This document shows positions 36,985-49,282 of a stretch of 64,000 bases of DNA, piece after piece. The DNA comes from Leucoraja erinacea (lineage: Eukaryota), in NCBI RefSeq assembly GCF_028641065.1, contig NC_073397.1, forward strand, positions 20,894,001 to 20,958,000. The letters are read 5' to 3'. Position 1 is the stretch's first letter; every line of letters begins with the position of its first letter. The notes under the pieces are model-generated. The model did no database searches, had not been told where the DNA came from, and saw nothing but the letters and a program-made list of their open reading frames with translations. A program made the translations under genes and the position numbers.

Positions 36985-37250
36985 AGAGTCATACAGCATG
37001 GAAATAGTCACTTCAACCCACCACGTCCACACCAACCATTGATCACCCATTCACACTAGTCCTATGATATCCCACTTTTTCATCCACTCTTACACATTAG
37101 CGTCAATATACAGAGGCCAATTAATCTACAAACCCGCACCCAGAGGAAGCCCATGTGATCACAGGGAGAACATGCAAACTCCAAATGGGCTGCATCCGAG
37201 GTCAGGATCAAACCAGGGTCTCTGGCACCGTGTGGCAGCAGCTCCAACAA
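36985..37250 (-). mobile_element. HE1-like SINE
   Basis: Reverse complement of gagctgctgccacacggtgccagagaccctgg head. Confidence 0.65.
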
Positions 37251-38791
37251 GCAGTCAATAAGGACAACAGGCAAGTTGGTACTGTAATATGTGGTTCTAA
37301 ACAAGGCTAAAGATATAGGACCTTGTTTGCTTTGGGTGATTACATCTGGTGAGCAGGTACTGAAGGACACAGTTGTCCTTCCCCTTCTTTGGCAGGGCAA
37401 GATGGGCCAATGAATCGAGTTCATAAGTCATAGGAGCAGCATGAGGCCATTCAGCCCATCAAGTCTAGTCCACCATCCATCATGGCTGATCTATCTTTCA
37501 CTCTCAACCCCATTCTTCTGCCTTTCCCACATAGCCTTTGACACCATAACTAATCAAGAATCTTTCAATCTCCGCTGCAAAAAACTCAATGACTTGGCCT
37601 CCACAGTCATCTGGGGCAATGAAGTTGAGGCGGACTGAGGGGGACACGGGCTGAGGGAGAGGAATTATGGGTGAGGATGTGCCAGGGCGACACAGGCTGT
37701 AAAATGAAATTGGAGGTGGCAGGTGTGAGAGGATCAACTAGTCCATGTGACATTTAAGCTGCTTTCTTAGCTCCGCCATGACCCACCGTCCCAGTCTCCT
37801 AAAATGTTCCTCTTAAACGCATCTGTACTGTTTACCTCAACCATTTCCAAAGGAATGTTTAAAAGGCATTTCGACATAAAGTTGAATAGAAAAGTAATTG
37901 AGGGTTGAGGGCATTAGTGCAGATAGGTATCATGATTGGCTTGAACAGAGTGGGTAACAGAGTCTGTTCTGTGCAGTGTGTTTCTGATTCCATGCAGCAC
38001 GCTCCACGTTTTCATTGCTCTCTGAGCAAAAACAATTATTCTGAATTTTCCTCAGGTTTTTCTATTAGTTACATCCTTCACTTCAGGTTGAATAATTTTC
38101 TCTGTAACGACTCTATCATCATGTTAAAGATGTCTAAGATAATTTCTCTGAGGAAAAAAAAGGCCTAAATCTGTTCATCATTTCTCTGCCTGTTCAAGGT
38201 TGTATGCAAGTCTCAACAATCTGACAATCTCAGGCAGTAACACCGTGGAATTGGCAGGGGTGAGCTGAGTGAGGAGAGCAGAGATCACCAAAAGTAGATT
38301 GAACAGTCAAGGATAACTGCTTGGGTAGATAGGGTGCTCCCTCCTACTGACGGAAATTTGACAAGGGGTGAGGTTCAGTGTTGGTGCCTGGCCAAGCTGA
38401 AGCATTGCAAACTGCACAACCACCAGCTTTTCTAGGGGTCCCATATAAAACATGTCCTTCAAGACATTTTATACAAGACCAAAACAAAGTGGAGTGGACA
38501 ATCATTAACAATGTCAGTTAACATGGAGCTAAGTAGAAATGTAGAATGACCAATAATTGACTGAGCACACAACTGGATCTCATGAACAATATATGCTCAG
38601 AAATGTTATGAAGGGCGAGAGATAAATGAAAAATGAGCAACTACTGAGCATGGCATGGCCCACACACCCAGTTTGATTACAATAAATTAATATAATGTCC
38701 TTGTACTGGGATTCTAATGGGAGATCTACTGAATGGACCTCTTCCTAAATCTAAACCTATGCAGAATCGTCCTTTGGTCAGTGTGACTTAC

Positions 38792-38943
38792 CCCATCTCC
38801 AGTGATGTAATTTCTCTCCCACAATATACAGTAAGACAGTTATAAGAACAGCTACTGCAAGAAAGATTCCCATGGCAAATGGGCTCAGCACCTCCAGAAT
38901 GGGGTATACCCAGATGGCTGATATGTAGTGAATCCATAACACC
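38792..38943 (-). CDS. ADTRP/AIG1-like exon 5
   Basis: cag|G VLWIHYISAIWVYPILEVLSPFAMGIFLAVAVLITVLLYIVGEKLHHWRW G|gtaagt; 152 nt. Confidence 0.92.
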
Positions 38944-39750
38944 CTGAAAAAGAAGGAAAGACAGGAGGATATACATGTCTAAAATCATTCCTTCGTCTCC
39001 TTCATGGTTTGCAGCTGGCAAATGTGCACAGACCGAATCTTGGCAAATACTTCCATAGGACCATCTAAATACACCCAACCTCATTCCCCACCTGTACATG
39101 CTCACAGCCTAATTGATCCAAAGGAAGATGACACTGTAGGAAGAGTATAAGACGGGGACAGGAACTGGATTGTGATGATGGGAAGAAAACATGCGGAAGA
39201 TGGGGAAGGCCACCTAAGGCATGGGGGTCAGGAGGGGGTGACTGCAATGGAGAGTGAGAAGGTAAGTGAAATAAAATGGTGAGAGGGGTTGGGCAAGAAC
39301 AGATTGAGAAAGAGATGAGCAAGCAAATGAGATGGAGTGATTGAGGGGGAAGCTTAGGGAGAGATGGTAAATGAGGCAGGACAGGATCATATAAAGACAA
39401 AGAATGAACAGAGAGGGCAAAGTGGCAAATAAGAGAGGATAAGGCAGTTATTCGAGCGAGAGGAAGGAGGAATAAGAGAGAAAGGTTATCAGAAGAGACA
39501 CGGAGATAAAGAGAAAGATGAGTCCATTGAAGGAGGAGAGATAGGTGGGATGATTGAGAGAGCAGGAAATCATGATGGGGAGACAGTGTGTGTGATGTAT
39601 AGAGGGAGAGAAGGGGATGGAGTGATGGTTGGACGGAAGCGGGAGAGTCAAAGGAAAGATTGGACAGTGTGAAACAGAGACAGACAGATACAGAGTATGA
39701 ATTCAAAACAGTTGTATCATTATACATCATTAAAAATGATTACAACTCAC

Positions 39751-39866
39751 CACAGTAAGTAGCAGCTGCAGAAAGTAACAAGAACTGCAATGCCTCCCTT
39801 ACGATTGGAACATTGATGTGGCACAATGGTTAGTTCTACCATCAATAGCACCAGAACCAACGTGTG
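39751..39866 (-). CDS. ADTRP/AIG1-like exon 4 (begins with the catalytic His)
   Basis: gcag|HTLVLVLLMVELTIVPHQCSNRKGGIAVLVTFCSCYLL(W)|gtgagt; 116 nt. Confidence 0.92.
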
Positions 39867-40035
39867 CTGCAAAGAAAAACAGGGACTGAGTGAATGGATC
39901 AAGGATGTATTTTCTCAGTTCAGTAAAATTGACATACCTTAATTTATAACCTATTAAATTTAAATTCCTGCTTCATTTTTGTGTTTTCCCATATCTATGG
40001 TAAATCTAATTGAATTCTGATAACTAATACCATCA

Positions 40036-40896
40036 AGTCAAGTCACTTTTATTTATATAGCACATTTAAAAAACAACTCTCGTTGGCCAAAGTGCTTTAC
40101 ATTGGTGGAGGTACTAACGTTACACAACATTGGTTCATAGATTAAGTATATACATAAATACATACATATAGCCCTCACTCAGAGGACGTCAAGAAAGGCG
40201 AGAGTAAAGATGAGTTTTAAGTCTCTCCTTTGAGTCGATGGAGGGGGCAGTTCTGATGGGAAGAGGGATGCTGTTCCACAGACTAGGAGCTGCAACCGCA
40301 AAGGCGCGGTCACCCCTGAGCTTATGCCTGGACCACGGGATGTTCAGTAACCCCAAGTCGGCTGATCTGAGGGACCTGGAGGTGGTGTGGTGGGTAAGCA
40401 GACTTTTGATGTAGGTGGGGGCAAGCCCGTTAAGGGCTTTGTAGACATAAAAGAGGATCTTGAAATTTATTCAGAACCGCACAGGGAGCCATTGGAGAGA
40501 GGCCAGGATCGGGGTGATGTGATCCCTTTTTCGGGTGCCCGTCAGGAGTCTCGCTGTGGCGTTTTGGACCAGTTGCAGGCGAGACAGGGAAGATTGGCTG
40601 ATGCCAGTGTAGAGGGAGTTGCAGTAAATTAGGCGGGAGGCGATAAATGTGTGGATGATCTTTTCGAGATCATCAAACTGGAGGAATTGTTTTATTTTAG
40701 CTATTGTCCGAAGCTGGAAGAAGCTAGCTTTTACCACGGCATTGACTTGTTTGTCAAATTTCAATGCTGAGTCAAATATCACGCCAAGGTTTTTGACGTG
40801 AGGTTTGGGTAATGGGGTAAGGCTTCCAAGGCTGCCTGCTATCACTTTGATTGAGTCCGAGGGGCCGAGAAGGATGACCTCAGATTTACTCTCGTT
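40036..40896 (-). mobile_element. 5'-truncated L2-clade LINE in intron 3
   Basis: NESKSEVI..VKNLGVIFDSALKFDKQVNAVVKASFFQLRTIAKIK..HITPILASLQWLPV; (ttgac)n tail; 8-bp TSD TACCATCA (40028-40035 / 40897-40904). Confidence 0.9.
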
Positions 40897-41001
40897 TACC
40901 ATCATATTGATTTTTCACTTGCTAAGCTTTATTTTCTAAAATCAACTTAGGAATTGCCCCCATATTTTTGTAACAAAGGGCTGCAACAGCACATTACTTA
41001 C

Positions 41002-41103
41002 CATGGCATGATTCAGCCATGTTGGGATGATCTGGTCAAGAATCTTTGGGTAAACAAGCTCACGGTCATAGGCATAAATCAACCAGAAACTCACAACGAC
41101 AAA
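41002..41103 (-). CDS. ADTRP/AIG1-like exon 3
   Basis: ttcag|[34 protein letters not shown]|gtaagt; 102 nt. Confidence 0.95.
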
Positions 41104-41411
41104 CTGAAAGAGAAATAAAAGACTCAGTTCCCCACCTCCTGTTGCAATGTCTTGCTTAGATTAACAGGGATAAGTGCTGATAGCATACAATGGAGTTTTC
41201 TACCACAGAAGGCAGTGGAGGCCAATTCACTAGATGTTTTCAAGAGGGAGTCAGTTATAGCACTTGGGGCTAACAGAATCAAGGGATATGGAGAGAAAGC
41301 AGGAATGGAATACTGATTTTGGATGATCAGACATGATCATATTGAATGGCGGTGCTGGCTAGAAGGGCCGAATGGCCTACTCCTGCACCTATTTTCTATG
41401 TTTCTACTTAC

Positions 41412-41561
41412 AAAGCCCACAGGGAATGCCAGGGCTGTGAAGAACCAGTCCTGTAGAACACCGATACGATAGGTGAAGTGCTGCACTCTTTTATTGGGTT
41501 GAGGAAGGAGGTTCAGGAGATCCGTGAGGACACACAATCCAAAAAAGCTGGTCTGCAGAAT
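41412..41561 (-). CDS. ADTRP/AIG1-like exon 2
   Basis: ccag|ILQTSFFGLCVLTDLLNLLPQPNKRVQHFTYRIGVLQDWFFTALAFPVGF|gtaagt; 150 nt. Confidence 0.95.
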
Positions 41562-42019
41562 CTGGAGGGAGAATCATACATATCAAAGAGAAAATCAGAA
41601 AACCAAAGGGAATCAAAAATATTCAGAATCAGATATCCTTCATTTTAACACACATTTCCAACAATGCCGTAGTTGCAGACACAACGGTTACAGAAGATGG
41701 GAAAGGTGGAAAGGTTGCTGAGAAAAACAGAGGTTTGGATGGACAGGGAATGGAATGCAGGGTGAATCGGTGCAGGCATGTGAGAAAGGACAGTGGGGAT
41801 ATGCAGTGATGGGAGTTGGGTCGAGGGGTGGAGGGAGGTAAGATGACGGAAGTCGTGGGAAACAGGCCAAGAACACTGATGGGAGGATGGGGAGATAGGA
41901 CGAGTGGAAACAAAAGAGGTTGCGGAGTCAGGCGGAGTGGATGGCAAGAAACCGGCAGGGGGGGGGTTGAGGTGTCAGGGAAAGGTCAGCGGGGAAAGGA
42001 GAGTGAGGGACGGGCTCAC

Positions 42020-42178
42020 CATGTTGATGAAGGTGAGGTATTTCCAGCGCCCGCCATAAGAGGCAGCGCCGACGTGCCGGCCGCCGGCGGTGACTGATAA
42101 ATTTTGTTGCACAGCAACCAAGTACCAAACCAGCACGGCCAAGTGTAGGCCCAAACCGGCAGCGCGGCTGATCGCCAT
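42020..42178 (-). CDS. ADTRP/AIG1-like exon 1 (FAR-17a/AIG1 family; contains the catalytic Thr)
   Basis: MAISRAAGLGLHLAVLVWYLVAVQQNLSVTAGGRHVGAASYGGRWKYLTFINM|gtgagc; 159 nt. All six exons join to 711 nt (236 aa plus stop). Confidence 0.95.
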
Positions 42179-42199
42179 GATCTGGGTGCAACGATTGTC

Positions 42200-42450
42200 A
42201 GGGGATGGGGGCGGGGCTTGGCCGTGGGGGCGGGGCTTGGTCGTAGGGGCGGGGCGTGGTCGTAGGGGCGGGGCTGGACCTGATAGAAAGGGGACGGACT
42301 TAGATAAGAGGGCGGGACCTAGAAGAAGGGGCGGGGTCTGTTCGCGCCTGGGGGCGGGGTCTGTCCGCGCCTGGGGGCGGGGTCTGTTCGCGCCTGGGGG
42401 CGGGGTCTGTTCGCGCCTGGGGGCGGGGTCAACTCCGATCGCAGCTCCGG
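42200..42450 (-). promoter_or_regulatory. CpG/GC-box promoter of the ADTRP/AIG1-like gene with a 23-bp tandem repeat
   Basis: About 10 GGGCGGG boxes; gggggcggggtctgttcgcgcct repeated 4 times plus a partial copy (42328-42430). Confidence 0.75.
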
Positions 42451-42697
42451 TAACTTTAACGTATTGGAACAAAACTTGTTCTTTGCAAACACACTAACAC
42501 CGAACGACACTCTCACACCCATCGCCCCTTTATATTTATATTCGCCCTGATTGTACTTACACCCAGCACATTGCTGATTATTGAATGCTGGAGGGTATTC
42601 CACATGTTGCGGTGCTGGACTTCCTCTCCTTAACTGCTCACTCATGGTTGGAGGTGGCAGAGCCGCAGAGAGGCTTAACCTGAATCTGAATCTGAAT

Positions 42698-42725
42698 CTG
42701 AAGAAGGGTTTCGGCCCGAAACGTC
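42698..42725 (+). ncRNA. Minimal hammerhead ribozyme motif (Penelope-type)
   Basis: CUGAAGA-A-GGGU[UUCG]GCCC-GAAA-CGUC. Confidence 0.7.
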
Positions 42726-42959
42726 GCCTATTTCCTTCGCTCCATAGATGCTGCTGCACCCGCTGAGTTTCTCCAGCAATTTTGTGTACCTTCGATCTTC
42801 CAGCATTTGCAGTTCCTTCTTGAACACTTAATCTGCTTGGTAGGATTCTGCTCTGTGTAACAGACTCTTCCACACACTGTTTGTCATTTCGGCACTTGAT
42901 ATCGCCTTTACATTCTTCAAGTACCAAAAATAATCTGGACGATGTAGCAAAGTTTCTTG

Positions 42960-43830
42960 GTCTCTTCGATAGCCCGCAGCTCCGCTCTTGCTCCCCCTCC
43001 CCGCATTCGTAACAAAGACAGAGTCCCCCTTGTCCTCACCTTCCACCCAATTGGCCATCACACGCAGCACATAATCTAACAATTTTTGCCATCTCCAACG
43101 GGATCCCACTACTAGCCACATCTTCCCATCTCCACCCCTTTCTGCTTTCCATAGAGACCATTCCCTCCGCAACTCCCTGGTCAACTCGTCCCTTCCCATC
43201 CAAACCACCCCCTCCCCAGGTACTTTCCCCTGCAACTGCAGGAGATGCAACACCTGCCCCCCCCCCCCCCCCCCCCCCCCACTCTGTCCAAGGACCCTGA
43301 CAGTCTGTTCAGGTGAGGCAGAGGTTCACTTGCACCTCCTCCAGCCTCATCTACTGTACCGCTGTTCCAGGTGTGGACTCCTGTATATCGGTGAGTCCAA
43401 GCACAGGCTCGGTGATCGTATCGCTGAACACCTCCGCTCACCTTCCTAAACCTACCCGATATCCCGGTTGCTGAACACTTTAACTCCCCCGCCCATTCCC
43501 ACGCTGACCTTTCTGTCCTGGGCCTCCTCCATTGTCAGAGTGAGGCCCAGCGCAAATTGGAGGAACAGCACCTCATATTTCACTTGGGTAGCTTGCACCC
43601 CAGCATGACGAACATTGACTTCTCTAACTTCAAGTAGCCCTCGCTTTCCTTCTCTCTCCATCCCCTCCCCCTTCCCAGTTCTCCTACTAGTTTTACTGTC
43701 TCTGACTACATTTTATCTCTACCGCCCACTCCCCTGAAGAAGGGTCTCGACCCGAAACGTCACCCATTCCTTCTCTCCAGAGATGCTGCCTGTCTCGCTG
43801 AGTTACTCCAGCATTTTGTGTCCACCTTCG
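42960..43830 (+). mobile_element. Penelope-like element 3' part: GIY-YIG remnants plus pLTR with hammerhead (43734-43761)
   Basis: RNKDRVPLVLTFHP; AFHRDHSLRNSLV..PGTFPCNCRRCNTC; QVRQRFTCTSSSLIYC..LYIGESK; RKLEEQHLIFHLGSL; CTGAAGAAGGGTCTCGACCCGAAACGTC. Confidence 0.9.
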
Positions 43831-45469
43831 AAATAAATTTACAAGTGATATATGTGTTCTGTGCTGTAGATATCCTGGCATTTAGTTGTCCAATATACAT
43901 TCAAACACCAGGATTAGAGGATTAGAACAAAATACATTCAGAATCTTGTGCTTTGTACCTCTGGACGGTGGTGGGGGAAAAGGTGAAACAGGTACCTTCA
44001 TACTTCATCTCCTTGCATGGAAGGTGTCTTGGGAAGAGAGTGATCCAGAACAGAGATGCTAAAAGAAAAGGGAAGGGGAAGCTACTTTTGGTGGTTGTGG
44101 GTCATTTGTTGAGTGGGGAGGCTGGTAGTATAGAGTTAAGGGCAAAAGTGATCCTGGCTGTCTTCCCTCAATTCTAGCTACACACATGGGCTGGTGATCA
44201 GAAATACTGTATTAGATGGGATCCAGTGCATCTAATCCTGGAGCTCATTAGGAGCAGAAACCTTGACTAATGCCTTATCTCTCGAACCCAAACATTATCA
44301 GACAGTGATCAGAAGCAAGAATACGGGTTGATGAAGTATCTCACTCTAAGTTTCTTACCATTGGTCACGGGATGTAATCACTATCAGGACCCAATGGTGA
44401 TGTAATCTTCTTCATGTTCAGGAATCTTTGGCTTGCAATCAGTTTCATAATTTTTGCCAGCTTTTCCCTTCCTCAAAAAATGAATAAAATTGGGCTTTTA
44501 ACAGAAGCAGGAACCCTGACTGTGTGCTGTCTGCTTTAAACAGTAAATTTCATTGACCATATCTTTCGTTCCTGAACAAATAGGACAACGTTGTACTTAC
44601 ATGTTTTTTTTAAACTTTAATTATTAAAGTCCATACTTACTAGTAATAAATTACATTAAAAAAAAACAATGCACTGACAACAGAAAAACAAACATGATCT
44701 CAACAAACTGCACCTCTGATCTCTTCAATTTGTTGTTGTGAGAAATGTATAATGTGAACTATTATTGCCTTTCAACTGCCCTGAGCCAAAGTACTTGCCC
44801 AAAATCAACTGACAGATTAAAGTTTACAATTACTTGCTCACCCAATAGTTGCTTAATTCATGGTGTGAAGGTAGGCTTGGATGGGGGGAGAAGTGGGGAG
44901 GATGGGAGTGCGGGAGTTGATGGGAATGTGAGGAGAATAAAATGGGATTAATTATAAGATTAATGTAAATAGTATTTGATGGTTGGCTTTGGCTAGATGG
45001 CTGAAGTACCTGTTGCAGTGCAGTATGACTGTAGATCCTTAATTTACAGCAATCCGTGGAATAAATTATTGCTCGATCGGTTTCCCAGCTCTGTAATGCT
45101 GATGTCACAGTTTGGGGGAGTAAGTGCAAGGTCTCCGTTTTATTTTCAAAGAGTCATACCCATTCTGTTGCAAATATCACTGTTCAGTGAGTAGGAAGCC
45201 GTTGTAACTTGTTCCTCCTTTCACAACCCATGGATAATTGACAAATTGACTGAGAACTGGAAACTGCCAATTTTGGCAGCATTTTTGTAAATCCTTCTGC
45301 AGTAACATCTTCACTTCAACATGGATCGGGGGACGGTTTCACCTGTGGTCCAACGGGTCTATCATAACATTTTTCATAACGTATATTCTATGTATCAGCC
45401 AAGATAAAATCTATCTAGAATTTCTTACCCACCTTACCTATCTATCGTACCACCAAGGATCTGTAGACT

Positions 45470-45700
45470 ATAGAGAGAAATAGGCCTCTTGGCCCACCAA
45501 GTCCACATTATTAAGATTCTACCACTTACCTACACATTAGGAGTAAATTATAGTCATCAATTAACACCCAAACCTGCATGTGGAAGCACCTGGGGAAACC
45601 CATGTAGTCAAGGGAGAACTTGCAAACTCTTCACAGACAGCACTGGATGTCAGGATGAATCTGGATTACTGGAACTGTGAGGCTGCGCCATTGTGCCACT
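45470..45700 (-). mobile_element. Degenerate HE1-like SINE
   Basis: Reverse complement starts agtggcacaatggcgcagcc. Confidence 0.55.
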
Positions 45701-45759
45701 TCATGTCGACTACACTTTGGCAAAAGTCTCACTAAAATCTACCTACTGACCTATTACAA

Positions 45760-46950
45760 TTTGCCTATTCCCACAATAGATTAACAGAGAATACGATCTC
45801 GCTGGCTCTCCGCTAAGTACTGGATCACATGGACAATAAGAACACATATGTCAGGAAGCTGTTCACTGACCACAGCTGTGTTCAACATCATCATCTCCTC
45901 CAAACGTATTATCAGACTCAAAGAACTGTGTCTCTGCTCTTCGCATGTAATTGGGTTCTCGACTTTCTTATTGGCAGACCTCAATCAATACGAATTGGCA
46001 ACAGCGCTCTCAAAAACCATCAGTACAAGGACACCTCAAAAATCTGTGCTCAGTCCCCTCCTCTATTTTACCAATGCCCATGACTGTGTAGTCAGACACA
46101 GTTCCAATGCCATCTTTAAATTCACCAACTATACTATCGTTGTTGGACAAATAATGAATAACGATTTGACAGAGTATATGAGGGATTTTGAAAATCTGAT
46201 TGAATTGTGCCAGAACTATAATCGTGCTCTCAACGTTAGCAAGACCAAGAAGATGATTGTTGACAAGGATCCACAAACTGGTCTTCATGGACAGGATTGC
46301 GGTAGAGAGAGTCAATAGAGATTTTGGGCGTGCATATCTCTGAAGATCTATCCTGGACCCAGCACATTGTGGCAATCACAAAGAAAGTTAATCAATGGCT
46401 CTACTTCCTTAGAAGATTGAGATTGAGGAGATGTCAACTAATACTCTCTTGAACTTCTACAGGTGTACAGTAGAGAGCATACTGGTTACATCATGACCTG
46501 GTTCAGCAACTCAAATGCATGAGAATAAAATAAATTGTGTGCTTGTGGTAGATGCTGCCCGCTCCTCAGCATCGAAGGAATCTATATGCAATAGGAAGCA
46601 AATATCAGAAGGCAGACCCTGTCCATGCTCAAAATATGGTCCTACCATCAGGAGGAAGGTATGGGAGCCTGAAAACTTTGACCACCAGGTTCAAGAAAAG
46701 CTTCTTCCCAACAACCATTAGGCTCTTGAACACTAGACAACTAATCTTAATTATATACTTCTATAGACTCTCTTTGGTTGCATGAAGGACAATGGGTTTT
46801 TTGTACAAATATTGTGGTTATTCATTGCATTTTGTTTGTTATATATTGTCTGTTTGTATTGTGTTTATGGGCCTGTTAAACTGCTGCAAGTAAGAATTTC
46901 ACTGTTCATTGTCGGTACATCTGACAATTAACCATTCTTGACTCTTGAGT
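45760..46950 (+). mobile_element. Rex1/Babar LINE, RT region to 3' end
   Basis: DNKNTYVRKLF; CNWVLDFLIGRPQSIRIG; PQKSVLSPLLY; LNVSKTKKMIVD; RFKKSFFPTTIRLLN. Confidence 0.85.
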
Positions 46951-48919
46951 CCTGTTTGTCTGTAGGGGGTGAGGGGTCTGGTGAAGATCCTCACCTTTTG
47001 GACTGTATTGTCAGCACAGTTCCCCAGTGCAGCCAGGGACCTGAGCCCACTGCAGCCTGAGTGATGCTGTGCTTTGTTACAGCCTGTGTCGTGTCGATTT
47101 CTTCACCAGGCCTATCATTGTAAACACCCACACAGTGCTGCTAGAGAACAACTCTCCTGTCTGCTCAGCTGGCTCTGAAAACACTTCCCACACGTGTGTG
47201 GGCAGCTGAGATGAGGGAATCAAAATAAATGCAGCCGTCAACAACATGAAGCGTGCGATGGAAGCATACCGAGAAGCGACGGTTCCTCACCGTGCCAGCC
47301 TCCATCAAAGCCGTCCCTAGCATCAGAAGGTTAGAGTTGTTGTTTCTCAATTTCCCTTCTCTCCTGGTTTAATCTGTTGCTTCCCATCAGCCTTCTTTGA
47401 CTGATTGTGGGTGCAGCCTTGGTTGCAGAAGAGGAGATCAGTGGGGAGATAGGAGGGGAGGGAGGTCAGATGGGAGGAGAGGTCGGAGGGATGGGAAGGG
47501 ATGTCAGAGTGGTGGTCAGTAGGGAAAGGGGAGAGAAGGCAGGGGGATGGGAGAGATTGAAGAGCCCAGAAATCCGTCAGAATTCATCAATAGAACTGAT
47601 TGCAGAAACCTCACGTAGTTTCAAATTGCCACTTCACCAGATTATTTTTTCTCTTGTTCAACTGCCCTCAGACTCATCAATAAATAACCTACTATAAAAC
47701 AGCTTATAGTTCCTAGATACTGAGAAAGCCGTTAATGTGATAGATCTGAAATAAAGGAGAAAATAAGCAGAGGTGGCGAGATCTACAGGGGGGGCAAAAC
47801 TCTCAGGGAAAATAATGACAAGACATAAGAGAGAGGTGTATCCTGAAAGAAAAAGAGAGAGGTAGGCACTGAAAGAGATTATGAGTCAAAGGTTAAAGTG
47901 GTAAGAATGCAAAGAGAAAAAGGAAAACAAAGACAAATACACAAAGAATGGGCTACAGGAAGCGGGAGAGAGTAGAGACAAATCTGGAGGGGAAAGGGAC
48001 AGACTATTTAAATATAGACTAATCAGTGTTATTGAATGCTGGCCTTTTTACCTGGAGGATAGTTTCGAAGGATCAAAGGTCATGCTGGCTTTACCTTTAG
48101 GCAAGAGGAGCAAGAGGGATTACTAATGTAATGTGGTGGTGGAAGGGGGAGGGAAATAAAGGAAAAGGTGTGAGAGTGTGAGAAAAATGTAAGGGTGTCA
48201 GGGGTTTTGAGGAAAAGGCAGGAGATTGCAGTTGAGAGGGAAAGATGGATCAGCCATGATTGAATGGCATAGATTGGATGGACCGAATGGCCTAATTCTG
48301 CTCCTAGAACTTATGAAGATAGCCAAGGAGGCAAAGACAAGGGAGAATTTAGCTTGATTACAAGTGTAAGGGATTGACAGAAAAAATGTCAAATTGTAAT
48401 AAAGGGGCTCACAGTGAAAAACAAGAGTGGAGAGATATAGAGAAAGGGAGAGTGAGAGAAATTTCAAGGAGGTTTCAATGAGGATGAGATAAAAAGACAG
48501 CAAGAGAGAGAGATGCATAGATAGAACCAAATGGTACAAAAAGAGAGAGGGACAGAATGGAGAGGAAGAAAGGGGAGAGCACAGCAGAGACCAATGGCAG
48601 AGAGGGAGAATAGATGGAAATGCTGTGAGACAGGGAGATTCAGTGAAAAGGCAGAGAGTGTAGAATGCTAGAATGTGACAGAGTGAGTGGGATAATGAGG
48701 GGCTCATAAATGGAAATAAATACAGGGAGAGTGTGGGACAGAGAAGGACAGGAATGGATGGTTGGAAAGAAGACGTGACAGAGTGATTTTTCCAGAGGTG
48801 TATTACCGATGTATTTAAAAACTAAGGAAGTATTCTCTTAGCACTTGCCCTGTGATGCCAATGCCCCTGTTGATAATAATTAATAATGCTGCCCAACCTT
48901 TGCCAGGGATATTTCTTGA

Positions 48920-49282
48920 TGTGTTTATTGCTTCACGGGTGCCAGGGCTAAGGATATCTCTGAGCAGTTGCAGAATATTTTCAATGGGAAGAGTGAGCAG
49001 CCAGAGACCATTGTGCACATTGCTACCAATGACATTGGTAGGAAAAGGGATGAGGACCTACAAAACGAATACGAGTTCAGAAAGTGGTAAAAAAAAAAAA
49101 CAGGACGACAAGGGAAGCAATAAGTTCATGTTCAAAGTCTCTGATTACTCCCCTGTGCCATCTGTTAGTAAGCATAGAGATAGAAGGATAAGTGAAATGT
49201 CTATGTGGCTGAGGACCTGGTGCAGGAGGCAGGGATTCAGGTTCTTCGATCATTGGGGTCTCTTCTGGGGCAAAGGTGACCA
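48920..49282 (+). mobile_element. CR1 ORF1 (SGNH/esterase-like) fragment
   Basis: GARAKDISEQL..IVHIATNDIG; MSMWLRTWCRRQGFRFFDHWGLFWG. Confidence 0.7.

Noticed and set aside
38137-38150. Alternative last exon for the ADTRP/AIG1-like gene (ttttcctcag|..EKLS*)
   Set aside because: In phase, but it lacks the family's basic C-terminus. 35335-35366 fits better, though a minor isoform is not excluded.
39065-39730. 221-aa Leu/Ser/Pro-rich ORF (similarly 48198-48707)
   Set aside because: Product of pyrimidine-rich low-complexity intronic DNA.
45325-45365. Possible Helitron 3' remnant (gtggtccaacgggtcta)
   Set aside because: Too short; no intact hairpin or CTAG.
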